From: Thermoproteota archaeon
Lineage (GTDB): Archaea; Thermoproteota; EX4484-205; JAAOZP01
Direction of reading: 5' to 3'
Length of the DNA stretch: 64,000 nucleotides
Assembly (NCBI GenBank): GCA_049700215.1
Contig: JBNAVT010000002.1
Coordinates: forward strand, 14,711 to 78,710
Positions within the stretch are counted from its first letter, which is position 1, and each line of letters starts with the position of its first letter. The position numbers and the translations under genes are program-made. This document shows, one piece after another, positions 29,470 through 40,374 of the stretch. The notes beneath the pieces are model-generated. The model saw only the letters and a list, made by a program, of their open reading frames with translations, was not told where the DNA came from and did no database searches.

Positions 29470-30102
29470 ATGGGGAGCAGGGGGTTTCGGGATGTTGCTG
29501 AAGCGATAAACCGTTTAAGCGGGCTGGAAGAGCAGGATGCTGTCAAGGAGATGGCTGCCCTGTTTAAAAGGATTGATGCTGATTGCCTCAAGACTCTTCT
29601 CAGGATAATGAGGAGGGATTTCGGGGAGGCTTCAAGGCTGATTGGAACACACTTGTTAAGGAGAATAGTTTCAGAAGCCTTGGCCAGAATAACGCTTCTA
29701 AAACAGGATGTGGCTGAAGGGCTTGTGCAATCCGGAAGGCTGAAGGATGTTTTAAACAGGAGGAGCAGCGTACTTCTTGAGAAAGAGTTAAGCATCGACC
29801 AGGCTTATCTAGGGATGCTTGAGGCCTGTAGGATAAGCGGGAAGAGTAGCATTGCCTCCAAGGTTAAAAGCTTGGCGGGGCTACTTAACAAGGCTTCTGA
29901 CGAGGAGGCTATTCTGATAGTAAACATGCTAATGGGTAGACAGGAGCCTGTGGACGACAGGCTGATTCTAAGAGCCTTAGTCGAAGCATTCCACGGTTCA
30001 GCCGCCACTGGAGCGGGGATGATTAAGGAGGAGGGCTCTCAAGACATTTATAAGGTAGCGATGCAGGTAGTTAAAAATGCAGGACGAGTTGAAGCAGGGT
30101 AA
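29470..30102 (+). CDS. Stand-alone protein resembling the N-terminal DNA-binding domain of ATP-dependent DNA ligase
   Basis: LSIDQAY...ISGKSSIASKVKSLAGLLNKASDEEAILIVNMLMG resembles ligase DBD helices; no KxDG adenylation motif. Confidence 0.6.
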   Translation: MGSRGFRDVAEAINRLSGLEEQDAVKEMAALFKRIDADCLKTLLRIMRRDFGEASRLIGTHLLRRIVSEALARITLLKQDVAEGLVQSGRLKDVLNRRSSVLLEKELSIDQAYLGMLEACRISGKSSIASKVKSLAGLLNKASDEEAILIVNMLMGRQEPVDDRLILRALVEAFHGSAATGAGMIKEEGSQDIYKVAMQVVKNAGRVEAG

Positions 30103-30280
30103 GAAAGAGGATTCTGGAAGAATTGAGCAAACAATAGAGTGTGCTGAAGAATTATCCAAGATGGTTCAGAGCCTGAATACTGCTCTGTCGCGAGGGGACT
30201 TCGAAGAGCTGAGGGAAATCTTAAGCAAGGTTAAACGACGCATACTGGAGTTGGAGAACTATCTAAATATGATTGATTAA
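30077..30280 (+). CDS. Small coiled-coil hypothetical protein
   Basis: Helical, charged 67-aa ORF with host-like codon usage, overlapping the previous gene. Confidence 0.55.
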   Translation: MQDELKQGKKEDSGRIEQTIECAEELSKMVQSLNTALSRGDFEELREILSKVKRRILELENYLNMID

Positions 30281-30372
30281 ACCTGATTCCTCTTTTTATG
30301 AATATTGGTCACGTTTTTCCACCGGTCTTTCTCAGGAGTAAAAGCTTAATAGGTTAGAAGGCACCTAAAAAC

Positions 30373-30654
30373 ATGGTGGTCTTAATGTCTGAGGTTGAGG
30401 CGAAGATTGATGAATGCATAGCTGAGTTGAAGCCCTACAGGATGTTCTCCTCCGAGGCCAGTAGCGCTATAAAGGGCTTAGAAATGCTCAAGGAACAGTT
30501 GAAAAATCTAACGAAGGAAAACATTGATGAAGTTATAAGGAGTGTGGATGAAGGATACCGGGGAAGCCTAGCGTATGCGAATTACATTCCCAAGACGGTT
30601 GAGAACCTTAGGTTCATAAAGGAATATCTCGAGAAAGTAAAGGCTTCTCTCTAG
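30373..30654 (+). CDS. Hypothetical helical protein
   Basis: 93-aa ORF with a TATA-like AAAAGCTTAATA ~25 bp upstream. Confidence 0.65.
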   Translation: MVVLMSEVEAKIDECIAELKPYRMFSSEASSAIKGLEMLKEQLKNLTKENIDEVIRSVDEGYRGSLAYANYIPKTVENLRFIKEYLEKVKASL

Positions 30655-30791
30655 CTTACCAGCATGGGGTGGAATTGATCCCAGGTAACTAGGTGTTCTT
30701 TCTCCGCCGCGTTTTTACTCGCTGGATAAACGTTGGTGAGGAAGCGGGATGCCGGCTAATCTTTTTAAGCCTGTTTTCTAGGAAACAGTCT

Positions 30792-31835
30792 ATGAGGCAG
30801 GTTAAGTTTGGTGTAGTCGGCGCTGGGGTGGGAGCCAGCTTTGCTCTTCGCGCCATGAAGCTCCTTGAGGAGAAGGAAGGGATCGTAAAAGCTGTGGCTG
30901 TGAGCGATGTGGTTGAGGATTTGGCAAGGAAAACGGCGGAGGAGTTTGGAATAAAATATTTTCTCAACTATAGGGATTTATTGACCCAGGAAAAGGTTGA
31001 CGCGGTTTTCATTTCAACGCCGCACTATCTGCATTTCCCCATGGCAATAGATGCTATAGAGGCTGGTGTAAACGTGCTTGTTGACAAGCCTATGGCCATT
31101 AGCCTCAGGGAGGCGGATGAGATGATAAGGAGGGCTAGGAGGACTGGTGTGAAGCTGGGTGTAAACCTTCAGGGCAGGTTCGACCCCAGCGTGTTAAAGG
31201 TTAAGGAGGCGGTGGACACAGGCAGGCTCGGCAGGCTTTTCTACGGGGAGGCGACTGTAAAATGGTTCAGGACAAGAGAATACTATGATAAAAGCCAGTG
31301 GAGAGGAAGATGGGCCACTGAGGGAGGTGGAGCGCTCATAAACCAGGCTATTCACACTCTAGACCAGCTTGTCTGGATCATGGGTCCGGTTGAATACCTC
31401 TGGGCTCAATGCGACACTGTTTTCCACAATATAGAGGTTGAGGACCTGGCTGTTGCTACCCTAAGGTTTAAGAACGGTGCTCTCGGCCTTGTTCAGGCGG
31501 GCACAGCGCTCTACCCCGGTTTCCCAACCGGGCTTGAGCTATATGGGACGAATGGCACAGCAATCATAGAGGGAGAGGTGATTAAACTCTTGGACGTGAA
31601 GGGTGAGAAACCATACTCGGAGAAGGAGCCTAAGGGAGGCTTAGAGACATGGGCTAGACCAGAGGCTGCACCCCCTTTGAACCATGCAGCATCCATAAGA
31701 GACTTTGCCCAAGCCATCCTGGAGGACAGGGAGCCGAAGGTTTCCGGCGAGGAGGGAAGGAGGTCTATCGAGATCATAAACGCTATCTATCAGTCCAGTA
31801 AAAATAGCCAGATAGTCAGGCTCCCGCTGAAGTGA
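30792..31835 (+). CDS. Gfo/Idh/MocA family oxidoreductase
   Basis: GVVGAG; ISTPHYLH; VDKPMA; EGGGALINQAIH; EVED; ATG 30792 follows TTTTTAAG. Confidence 0.92.
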   Translation: MRQVKFGVVGAGVGASFALRAMKLLEEKEGIVKAVAVSDVVEDLARKTAEEFGIKYFLNYRDLLTQEKVDAVFISTPHYLHFPMAIDAIEAGVNVLVDKPMAISLREADEMIRRARRTGVKLGVNLQGRFDPSVLKVKEAVDTGRLGRLFYGEATVKWFRTREYYDKSQWRGRWATEGGGALINQAIHTLDQLVWIMGPVEYLWAQCDTVFHNIEVEDLAVATLRFKNGALGLVQAGTALYPGFPTGLELYGTNGTAIIEGEVIKLLDVKGEKPYSEKEPKGGLETWARPEAAPPLNHAASIRDFAQAILEDREPKVSGEEGRRSIEIINAIYQSSKNSQIVRLPLK

Positions 31836-31907
31836 TTTAAAATAGTTTTGCAGACGGGTTGCGAGAGCTTGAAGCAATTTTCTTCGAAAAAGAGCTTCAC
31901 GGGCTAT

Positions 31908-32795
31908 TCAGAGTTTCAAAACCTTCTTCGCATTCCCATGCATGATTTTATCATAGGCTTTTCGAGATATTTTTCCCTCCTCTCTCAAGCCGCGGAGATA
32001 TTTCAACTGGGGTATGTTCTGATCCGGCATGTCTAAGTCTGTTCCGAACATCAGCCTGTCTTGAAACTCCTCCAGGAACTGGACTCCGAACTCAGGGTCT
32101 CTCGAGACAGCGTTATACCCGCTGCCAGCCGAAAGATCCCCGTAAAGGTTTTGATATTTTTTGAACAAGTCGACAACTCTCCCGCCAGGCGCAACCCTGC
32201 CCGCCGGGTAGCTGTTCCTATCCTCCGGCTTAAGGTCTCCAGATATCTCAGCCCAGAATGGTTGAGAGTGCCCTATGAATATCAGGTTTGGAAACATCCG
32301 CAGGCATTTCTCAAGCCTAGGCAGGCCCGGCTCATCCGCAAGGCCGTAGCAGCCGCCAAGCTGAGGACCAATATGGAATATTACGGGTAGCTCGAGTTCC
32401 TCGCAAACCCTGAAGAGGCTCAGGGTCCTCGGGTCGTCGAAGTATATGTTGGCAGTTATTTCACCCACGCCTTTACATCCCTCGTTTTTATAATCCTCCA
32501 ATATGAATCTCAGGCTCTTTTCTGAGCCTGCGTTCAGCCTTGGATCCGGGTTTCAAAAAGGAATCCGCCTGCCTCTATGCTTTTTACAGAACTCTATTAC
32601 CTCGCGAGTGGTCACCGGCTCTATGGTGCTTTCGGGGCTCGGCAGTGGGAGAACAATCGCTACGTCTATCCCCTCTTCCCCCATTCTTTTAACGAGTTCA
32701 GACACCGTTATCCACCGTATGTACTGGTTTTTAACGGGATCGTAAGAAAGCCAACTTGGCCCGGGAGAGCAATGCGCGTGAATATCGATTATCAT
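31908..32795 (-). pseudogene. Amidohydrolase-2 family metallo-hydrolase interrupted by a single in-frame TGA
   Basis: IIDIHAH...IPF*NPDPRLNAGSEKSLRFILEDYKNEGCKGVGE...FHIG...FGTD; the two ORF-track halves are in the same frame, 17 codons apart. Confidence 0.8.
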
Positions 32796-32980
32796 GCTCA
32801 CCGTCTCGCGGAGCAAGTTATTTAAGCATTCGGTTTAAACAGGAAGACGCGTACGCCTCTTTTCAAAGCGTGGTTTTGAGAACCCGAGTGCCGTAAACCT
32901 CTAGGGTTCAAAGTCGGTTGGGAACATGGAGGCGGAAATATTTAATATCCGCTGAAACAGTTTAATAGCGGTTTAAACGG

Positions 32981-34316
32981 TTGAGAAGCAGCCTAGCTCT
33001 CCTGGGGGGTTCGAAGACTGTTAGATCTGAACCCGGAGACATATTCGCCTGGCCGATTATAACGAGGGAGGTTGAGGAGGCTGTTTTAGAAGTACTCCGC
33101 GCTGGGAAAATGTCAGACGTAGATGTGACTCAAAAATTCGAAGAAGAGTTCGCTCAATGGTTGGGCGTGGAATACGCGCTTGCACACAACACTGGAACCG
33201 CTGCTCTGCACAGCGCGATGTTCGGCATAGGCATAGGGAAGGGAGACGAGGTCATTTGTCCAAGCATCACCTACTGGGCCTCCTGTCTACAAGTCTACTC
33301 GCTGGGTGGGACCGTTGTCTTCGCTGACATTGATCCTGAAACGCTTTGTATTGATCCCATGGATATTGAACACTGGATTACTCCAAGGACTAAGGCAATT
33401 ATGGTTGTCCACTACCTTGGAATGCCGGCGGATATGGACGCGATAATGAAGATAGCTGAGAGAAACGGCTTAATGGTGATCGAGGATTGTTCTCATGCTC
33501 ACGGCGCCCTTTATAAGGGTAGAATGGTTGGGACCTTTGGAGACGTTGCAGGCTTCTCGCTAATGTCAGGCAAATCTCTTGCTTGCGGCGAGGGGGGGAA
33601 TGATGACTACGGGCGACAGGCGGATCTATGAGAGGGCAGTGGTCTTCGGCCATTATGAGCGCCACGGGTTTGCCCTAACGCTTGAAGACCTTAAGCGTGG
33701 ATCAGGGTTGCCCTGGGGAGGTTACAAGTATAGGATGCACCAGTTAACCTCTGCAGTGGGCCGTGTCCAGTTGAAGCATTACCCGGAGATTATGGCTGAG
33801 ATCGATAAAGCGATGAACTACTTCTGGGACCTGCTTGAAGGCGTCCCAGGGATCAGGAGCCATAGGCCTCCAAAAGACTCTGGGTCGACCAAGGGCGGGT
33901 GGTACGCACCCCACGGCATCTATCATCCGGAGGAGTTAGGGGGCCTATCTGTTAACCGGTTCTGCGAAGCAGTAAGGGCGGAGGGGGCTCCGTGCTACCC
34001 AGGATGCAATCTTCCGCTCCATCTACACCCCTTGTTTAACGAGGTAGACGTCTACAACCAGGGTAGGCCGACGCGCATAGCAAATTCTCCCCCGGGCGTC
34101 GACGTGAGGCAGCCTCCGGGCAGCCTCCCTGTTTCAGAGAGCGTGCAGGAGCGGGTGTTCACTGTCCCATGGTTCAAGCATTACAGACCCGAGATTATTG
34201 AAGAGTATGCTCAAGCATTCAGGAAGGTTGCTGAAAACTACATGGATCTTCTTCCGGGAGACGCTGAACGTGGCGAGCCTGCTGGTGGATGGAGCACTTT
34301 CTGGACTTCAAGGTAG
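32981..34316 (+). pseudogene. DegT/DnrJ/EryC1/StrS aminotransferase, frameshifted at a G7 run
   Basis: GTAALH; IEDCSHAHG; FSLMSGKSLACGEGG, then a +1 shift at 33592-33598 into MMTTGD...GYKYRM. Confidence 0.85.
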
Positions 34317-34404
34317 CGCTCGGGCTCCATGATACGGGGGAATTCGTGAAACAAGTCGGCATAGTAAACAGTTGGGCAGGCCGCTACGATTCCTTCCCCC
34401 GGAG

Positions 34405-35217
34405 TCAGTACCAGCCTAGTATTCCCATTGCTTCAAGCAGGTCGTCCCCACGGACGATGACAGTCCGGGAATCGAGGCGTTCTACGCCGGGCGTTCTACA
34501 CTGAACGTCCGCGTAATTCGGATGGGAGTATTCGACTTTAAGCACTATAGGGGGCTTAACTTTGAAAGGCTTGAAATCGGCGGCGTTTTTAACAGCCTTC
34601 TCAGCTGCCTCTCGAATCAGCTTCCTGCTCAATGCCGGCGGCAGACAAACCGCGAAGTTCCTGCTTAAGCCTTCTTTCACAGCAACGGTCTCAACCCTGC
34701 CCAGTAGAGCCCTAGCCTCCTCAACAGCAATCCTGCACCCGCTCACTAAAGCCACAGGTACTTCAAAATACCCGAGGATTGCAGCATCTATCCCTATTTC
34801 GCCAACCCGCTTCTCGTTTACGTAAGCGTTGACTATGACCCTACTGGCCATCGTGTGGTCTAAAACCGCACCCCTGCTCCCAGCCATAGCGTGGTACCCT
34901 ATCATGAACGCTAGGCTAAAGCTCCTGTCGAGGCCAGCCATCCTACACGGCCTCGGCCCCCCGGTTACGTACTTCGCCCCCTCATGCAGCTCCTCCGGGA
35001 CAAGGTTAAAACCGCCTCGCGCCCCGTGCAGATCGTTTACCAGAACTTCTGAAGCACCCCCCTGCAAAGCTCCTTCTACAGCAGCATTCACATCCCTAGT
35101 TAGAAGAAGGCATGCTTCTTCGTATTCTCTGCTTCCAGGCTCTGTCTGCTGCTCGCGGACAATGTAGCTGGCGCCCTCCATGTCGGCTAGAACGTAAACC
35201 TTCATATCCACCACCAT
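34405..35217 (-). CDS. M55 family D-aminopeptidase (DppA-like)
   Basis: ADMEG; DVNAAVEGA; VNDLHG; IGYHAMAG; LDHT; VAVKEG. Confidence 0.92.
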   Translation of the reverse strand: MVVDMKVYVLADMEGASYIVREQQTEPGSREYEEACLLLTRDVNAAVEGALQGGASEVLVNDLHGARGGFNLVPEELHEGAKYVTGGPRPCRMAGLDRSFSLAFMIGYHAMAGSRGAVLDHTMASRVIVNAYVNEKRVGEIGIDAAILGYFEVPVALVSGCRIAVEEARALLGRVETVAVKEGLSRNFAVCLPPALSRKLIREAAEKAVKNAADFKPFKVKPPIVLKVEYSHPNYADVQCRTPGVERLDSRTVIVRGDDLLEAMGILGWY

Positions 35218-35298
35218 TATATGGTTTTTCGAAGCCTTTAAGGATTTACAGGCCTAGCCGGAAGTTTCATTCTAACATGATTAGCGTTCTCTCAACTT

Positions 35299-36699
35299 TT
35301 AAGGTTCATGCCGATCCACAGGCTCAGAAAGCCTTTTCCAGGCCCTACGCTTCTTATACAGGACTGCCGCCGCGCACGCGGCTACAAGTATTACGGCTAC
35401 CGTTAATGGTTTAACATAGTCTATCCTCCAAACAGCTTTTACTACTCTAGACTCGTCAACATAGATTTCAACGGTTCTCTCATCCACCATCCTGTCGTTT
35501 GGGCCTAGCCCCTCGAAATGGTCGAAAACGTAGAAGCCGCAGCTCGTTACATTCATCCGTATTAGAGCGTAGGAGCCTTCGTCATACCAGCCTGCGCCGT
35601 AGGCGTTTCCATACTCCGTTTCCACACTAATATAATGTTTCTCGGAAATCAACGCGTTTAAAAGGCCTGTTCGCCACTCTCCCTTAACCGGGTCGTAGGC
35701 TCCGAAGCCTGCGCAGAACTCCCAGTAGCACCAGGCTATTCCCCTCTTCTCCGCCTCTCTCGCTACGAAACGTGTCCATCTCACCCTTGAATCCATATCT
35801 GCTTTACTGTAGGCTCCGAACTCGCCCATTAAAAGAGGGACACCGCCGTGTTGCGCTGCCCATTGGGCAGCCATATCCAATTCTTCAGTGATCTGTTTCT
35901 TCTCCGCCTCAGTCCCGAGCCATCGCTCACCCACGGCGGGAGAGGGACTAACCCACTCCGCCCCCTGATGGGTGAATTCGAACGGGGTGTAGAAGTGGAA
36001 GGTGACGATGATATTCTCATCCTGGGGGATCACTAGACTCTTAAGATTGTAGACACTGTTCCATCCCGTAGGGCCGATGATTATTTTTCTCGTGGGGTTT
36101 GTCTTCCTTATGGTTTCAACCGTCTCCTCAACAAGCTTGTTCCACTTCTCATCAGTCAACTCCCCGTAAGGCTCGTTCAGTAATTCGAAGTAAAGAGTTT
36201 CAGGATAATTCCTGTAGTGCTCGGATATTTGCCTCCATAAGGCTATGAAGCGGTCCCTATGGCTCAAGGGGTCTTGCATTATCTCCTCATAGTGATGAAT
36301 GTTTATTATGATGATAAGATGCTGTTCCAAGGACTTGTTCACAACCCAGTCCACCCTGTTGAAGAAGTCTCCGTCTATCCTATAGGGCGGATTGTTCTCA
36401 GCGTGAGCTGACCATCTTATTGGTATTCGAACAGTGTCGAAGCCCGCTTCCCTTATCACGCTGAAATACTCGTCTCTAATGTAAACCCCCCAGTCGCCCT
36501 CCCTGGGCGCTTCTAAAGCGTTCCCGATGTTTATTCCTCTGCGCATCCCGGATTCCACGACTGCTTCTTCAAACCGGTAATCGTAAGCCAGCTGCGCCTG
36601 CTCACTATCTCCCTTCATGCTTACAAAATAGAACATAATTGTAAAAAGTAAGCCGGACAATAAGATGCATGTTTCAAGCCTCCTCTCAAGCAGAGTCAT
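35299..36699 (-). CDS. Membrane-anchored GH5 endoglucanase
   Basis: RGINIGNALEAP.EG.WG; RIPIRW; IHH; ELLNEP (acid/base); HFY; GEFG (nucleophile); WEF; N-terminal hydrophobic segment and C-terminal TM plus KKRR. Confidence 0.92.
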   Translation of the reverse strand: MTLLERRLETCILLSGLLFTIMFYFVSMKGDSEQAQLAYDYRFEEAVVESGMRRGINIGNALEAPREGDWGVYIRDEYFSVIREAGFDTVRIPIRWSAHAENNPPYRIDGDFFNRVDWVVNKSLEQHLIIIINIHHYEEIMQDPLSHRDRFIALWRQISEHYRNYPETLYFELLNEPYGELTDEKWNKLVEETVETIRKTNPTRKIIIGPTGWNSVYNLKSLVIPQDENIIVTFHFYTPFEFTHQGAEWVSPSPAVGERWLGTEAEKKQITEELDMAAQWAAQHGGVPLLMGEFGAYSKADMDSRVRWTRFVAREAEKRGIAWCYWEFCAGFGAYDPVKGEWRTGLLNALISEKHYISVETEYGNAYGAGWYDEGSYALIRMNVTSCGFYVFDHFEGLGPNDRMVDERTVEIYVDESRVVKAVWRIDYVKPLTVAVILVAACAAAVLYKKRRAWKRLSEPVDRHEP

Positions 36700-36733
36700 C
36701 TCTAAACTCCTCTGCTGAAAACCTTTAAAAATA

Positions 36734-37921
36734 TTATTCTCGGATGATGAAAGATATTTTCTCAATCCTTCCAGCGTCCGGATTAATCTTCACATTCAAC
36801 TCTATCCCTTTTTCTAAATAGTATAAATTCGCGTTAAAGTACAGGCTTGTTTGATCAAAGGGATACTCCGTCATGATCATGTCTACCTCGCACCCGGATT
36901 CTATAAGCCTGCCTGTAAGCCTATTGCTGCTCAATATCTGCATGATTCTCCGCCCCAGCTCGCTCGTCGCATTAATAATCGAAGCCCTTGCGTATATGCT
37001 TGGTGAGACCCAGATGTTTGCCGAGCTATTCTTTAAACATGCTTCGCCCATACTGTAAGTGTATCCCGGATCATATGGGTCTTTGGATTCCACTATCGTA
37101 CCCACTATAAACCCATCACCATACTTATAAATATATACACAGATTCCATCAGTCTTATTACTCTCCTCAAGGGATATCTGCAATTCTCTGAATGCGTTAG
37201 AATCGGATATAATCCTATAGGTTTTATTAAGGATTAGGCTGCATGATGTTTCAACCCCTTCAACCACCATTTCTATCTCCACGTTTGAAGTGGTGTCCCA
37301 TTCTCTTAATATTCCCAATAGTCTAATTCTTTCAATACTGTAAGTGAAACCCTCCTCCTTAAGCCATCTGATGAAAGACTGGTTTTCCAGGATCATGGTC
37401 ACCCTATTCTTAAAGTCTTCAGGCGGGTTCCTCAGCCTTGGGTAGGATAGGTTTAGAACGTTGATCGTTGCCTCTACCAGCGTGTTGTTTACAGGCAGTT
37501 TTACTTGCTCAGGTCTTCTCCTCAACTCCTTTGTGTTAAAAACATGCTCTGTCCCATTAATCATGCTCAAAATAACCACTTCTTCATGCCACTCGATTCT
37601 GAGGGTTCCCCCTATTATTGCAGTCACAAGATTTCCCCTAGCCTCGCTCCATATCCTGTTCCCCATTCTCCCGGCTATTTCAGAAGGATAATAGATTTTA
37701 ACGATCAATGTTTCAAACGTGCCTTCTCCAACCGTAATCGGTATCGCCCCCTCTTCCTCAACGCCGGGAAGCATGTTGAATAGACTTGTACGGTATGTAA
37801 GAAGTATTCCTAAGCTTAAGACTATGGGTAGTATTATAATTAAAGCTAGGAGTGCTTGGGTTGACGTTAACACTTTTTTGAGCGAAGGCCTCTCCCCCAC
37901 TTTCCCTATGTTCTCTTTCAA
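36734..37921 (-). CDS. Hypothetical membrane-anchored protein
   Basis: 395-aa ORF with a single N-terminal TM helix and TATA at ~37938-37945. Confidence 0.7.
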   Translation of the reverse strand: MKENIGKVGERPSLKKVLTSTQALLALIIILPIVLSLGILLTYRTSLFNMLPGVEEEGAIPITVGEGTFETLIVKIYYPSEIAGRMGNRIWSEARGNLVTAIIGGTLRIEWHEEVVILSMINGTEHVFNTKELRRRPEQVKLPVNNTLVEATINVLNLSYPRLRNPPEDFKNRVTMILENQSFIRWLKEEGFTYSIERIRLLGILREWDTTSNVEIEMVVEGVETSCSLILNKTYRIISDSNAFRELQISLEESNKTDGICVYIYKYGDGFIVGTIVESKDPYDPGYTYSMGEACLKNSSANIWVSPSIYARASIINATSELGRRIMQILSSNRLTGRLIESGCEVDMIMTEYPFDQTSLYFNANLYYLEKGIELNVKINPDAGRIEKISFIIRE

Positions 37922-38021
37922 AAAGATGGAAAAACCTTATAAAGCTTTTTCCTTAAACTATTTTAAGCCGCTGCTTGTCTTTTGAATAAAGCATAAGTAT
38001 TTAGAATGTTTCAAGATAACC

Positions 38022-39759
38022 ATGGGGGCTGGAGGAAAACACGGTAATTTTAAGGTTGCGGTCTACTGCACGGTCCGTGACGTGAATGAAATGGCTGATT
38101 CAACCTGGCTGGAAAACAGTTTCAAGGTTTTGAGCAGGAGCATTCCTTTAGACAAGGTTTATCTTGAGACCTTCGGCAGCGGTGCCTTGGCGGATAGAGG
38201 CTTAATGCAGAAGGTTAAGTCTTTTTTCAAAGATAAGGGTGTCGAGGTGTCCGGGGGAATAGCCACCAATGGTCCACGCGGCCAATCTCTCTGCTACTCG
38301 AAGCCCGGCGACAGAGAAATGCTTGAAAACGTTGTCAAGTATACTGCTGAATTGTTCGATGAGATTATCCTGGATGACTGGCTCTTCACAAGCTGCAAGT
38401 GCGAAGCATGCGCGCGCGCTAAAGCTGGACCGAGTACCGTTTGAAGACTATGGAGGATGTTGCGCAAAACATCATCTTTAAAACAGCCAAGGAGGTTAAC
38501 CCCAAGGTTAGGCTGATAATAAAATATCCAAACTGGTATGAGCATTACCAGTTTCTCGGCTACAGTCTCGATTTCGAATCAAGAGTCTTCGACATGGTTT
38601 ACACGGGCACTGAGACGAGAGACTCAGAGTATACTCATCAACACCTTCAGGAGTATCAGAGCTACGCTATAATGAGGTTTCTGGAGAACGTTAAGCCGGG
38701 TTTCAACGGCGGCGGCTGGATTGATCCTTTTGCCAAGAGGCGCGCGCGCTCTTGACCGTTACGCGGAGCAGATAAGGCTGACGCTCTTCGCTAAAGCCAG
38801 GGAGGTTACGCTCTTCTGCTACAGCGCCCTGCTCGAGTCCTTTAAGCAAGATGGGGCAAGAATTCCTATAAGCATCCTTGCACCAGTAGTCGGAACCATC
38901 TTCGAGGAGATGGATTTTCTTGTCGGGAAACTCGGCAACCCTTGTGGTGTTAAAAGCTATAAGCCGTTCAACTCGTCCGGCGAGGATTTTCTTCAAAACT
39001 ACATAGGCATGCTAGGAATTCCTGTCGAGATGACTCCGAGTTTCCCCGAGGCCAGTGAAACCGTGTTCCTAACCGAGTGTGCCAAGTTTGACGGCGGGAT
39101 AATGGGGAAAATCAAGAAGCATCTTGTTAAAGGCGGGGACGTTATTATTACATCCGGTTTTCTGAGGGCGATGCAGGATGAAGTGGTTAGAGAGCTGGCT
39201 GAGGTCAAATACACCGGTGGAAAAATACTTGTCAAAGACTTCTCACTAGGCTTTTTCCTTTTCGAAGATGTTTACCACTCGGATGTGGAAATACTTATCC
39301 CCCATATCAAATACCCGACTAACGATGTTTGGGAGGTCATTACGTGTTTAAGCAGGGGCAACGGATACCCGTTGCTGATGCTCATGAACTACGGGAGGGG
39401 AACACTATACCTACTTACAATACCGGATAACTTTAACGACCTATACCATCTCCCACCCACTGTTTTGAACAGTATTAGAAGAATCTTCTCGAAGAATTTG
39501 AAAATAAGCCTTGAAGGACCAAGCAGGGTCTGCATTTTCCTTTACGACAACGATGCTTTAATCCTTCATTCATTCCTGCCTCATCCCTCTAGAGTCAGCG
39601 TTGTGGTTAAGGGCAAGGGTTTAAAGATGCGTGAACTCTCCTCGGGCGAGATACTTAACGGCTTCGAGAGGAAATGGGGGATGGTTTTGAAAGAAGTATT
39701 GAAACCGTGTTCCCGGTTTACTTGGCGTCGTCTTCCTACAGTGCTTTCAGGGTTGAATA
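38022..39759 (+). pseudogene. Conserved TIM-barrel glycoside-hydrolase-like protein broken by three frameshifts
   Basis: Continuous protein recoverable as KVYLET...ILDDWLFTSCKCEAC/SWTEYRLK...IIKYPNWYEH...GTETRD...GGGWIDPF/LDRYAEQ.../ETVFPVYL...FRVE*; breaks at ~38423, ~38741, ~39680. Confidence 0.7.
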
Positions 39760-39806
39760 ATTATCTTTGAAAAGTTTAAACCAGTTTAAAACTGGAGTGT
39801 TTCAGG

Positions 39807-40374
39807 ATGAACGCGTTTAAGCAGAATGAGCGGTTGGGCAGGGGGGTTAACATACTGGGTTACGACCCGGTTTGGAAAAACAGGTCTATGGCAAGAATGA
39901 GGAGCGAGCATTTTAGGCTGATAGGGAGCGTCGGCTTCAACAGCGTACGCATCGCTCTCCACCCTTTTCGCGACGGGGCTATGGGTTGGGGAAACCGGCT
40001 TTCGGAAGAGTGGCTTGAAACATTGGAATGGGCGGTTGAACAGGCTCTTGGAAACTGGCTTATGCCGATAATCGATTTCCACGAGTTTATAATCATGGGG
40101 AGGGATCCGTCTGGAAACAGGGATAGGCTTCTCGCCTTCTGGGATCAGATTGGTAGACTCTACAGTAATTATCCTGACGGAGTGGTTTTCGAGCTTCTAA
40201 ACGAGCCCAATAGGGAGCTTACGCCTGAGCTTTGGAACCGTCTTCTCGCCGAGATCCTTAAAACAGTGCGCAAGACTAACCCGGATAGGACTGTGATAAT
40301 AGGCCCAGCCGTCTGGAACAGCATAACCGGCCTTGATAAGCTGGTTCTCCCGGAGGAAGACAGGAATATAATTG
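39807..40374 (+). pseudogene. GH5 endoglucanase, 3'-truncated
   Basis: GRGVNILGYDP; VRIALHPF; DFH; FELLNEP; ends DRNIIV at the palindrome; the HYY and nucleophile GEFG regions are missing. Confidence 0.85.
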
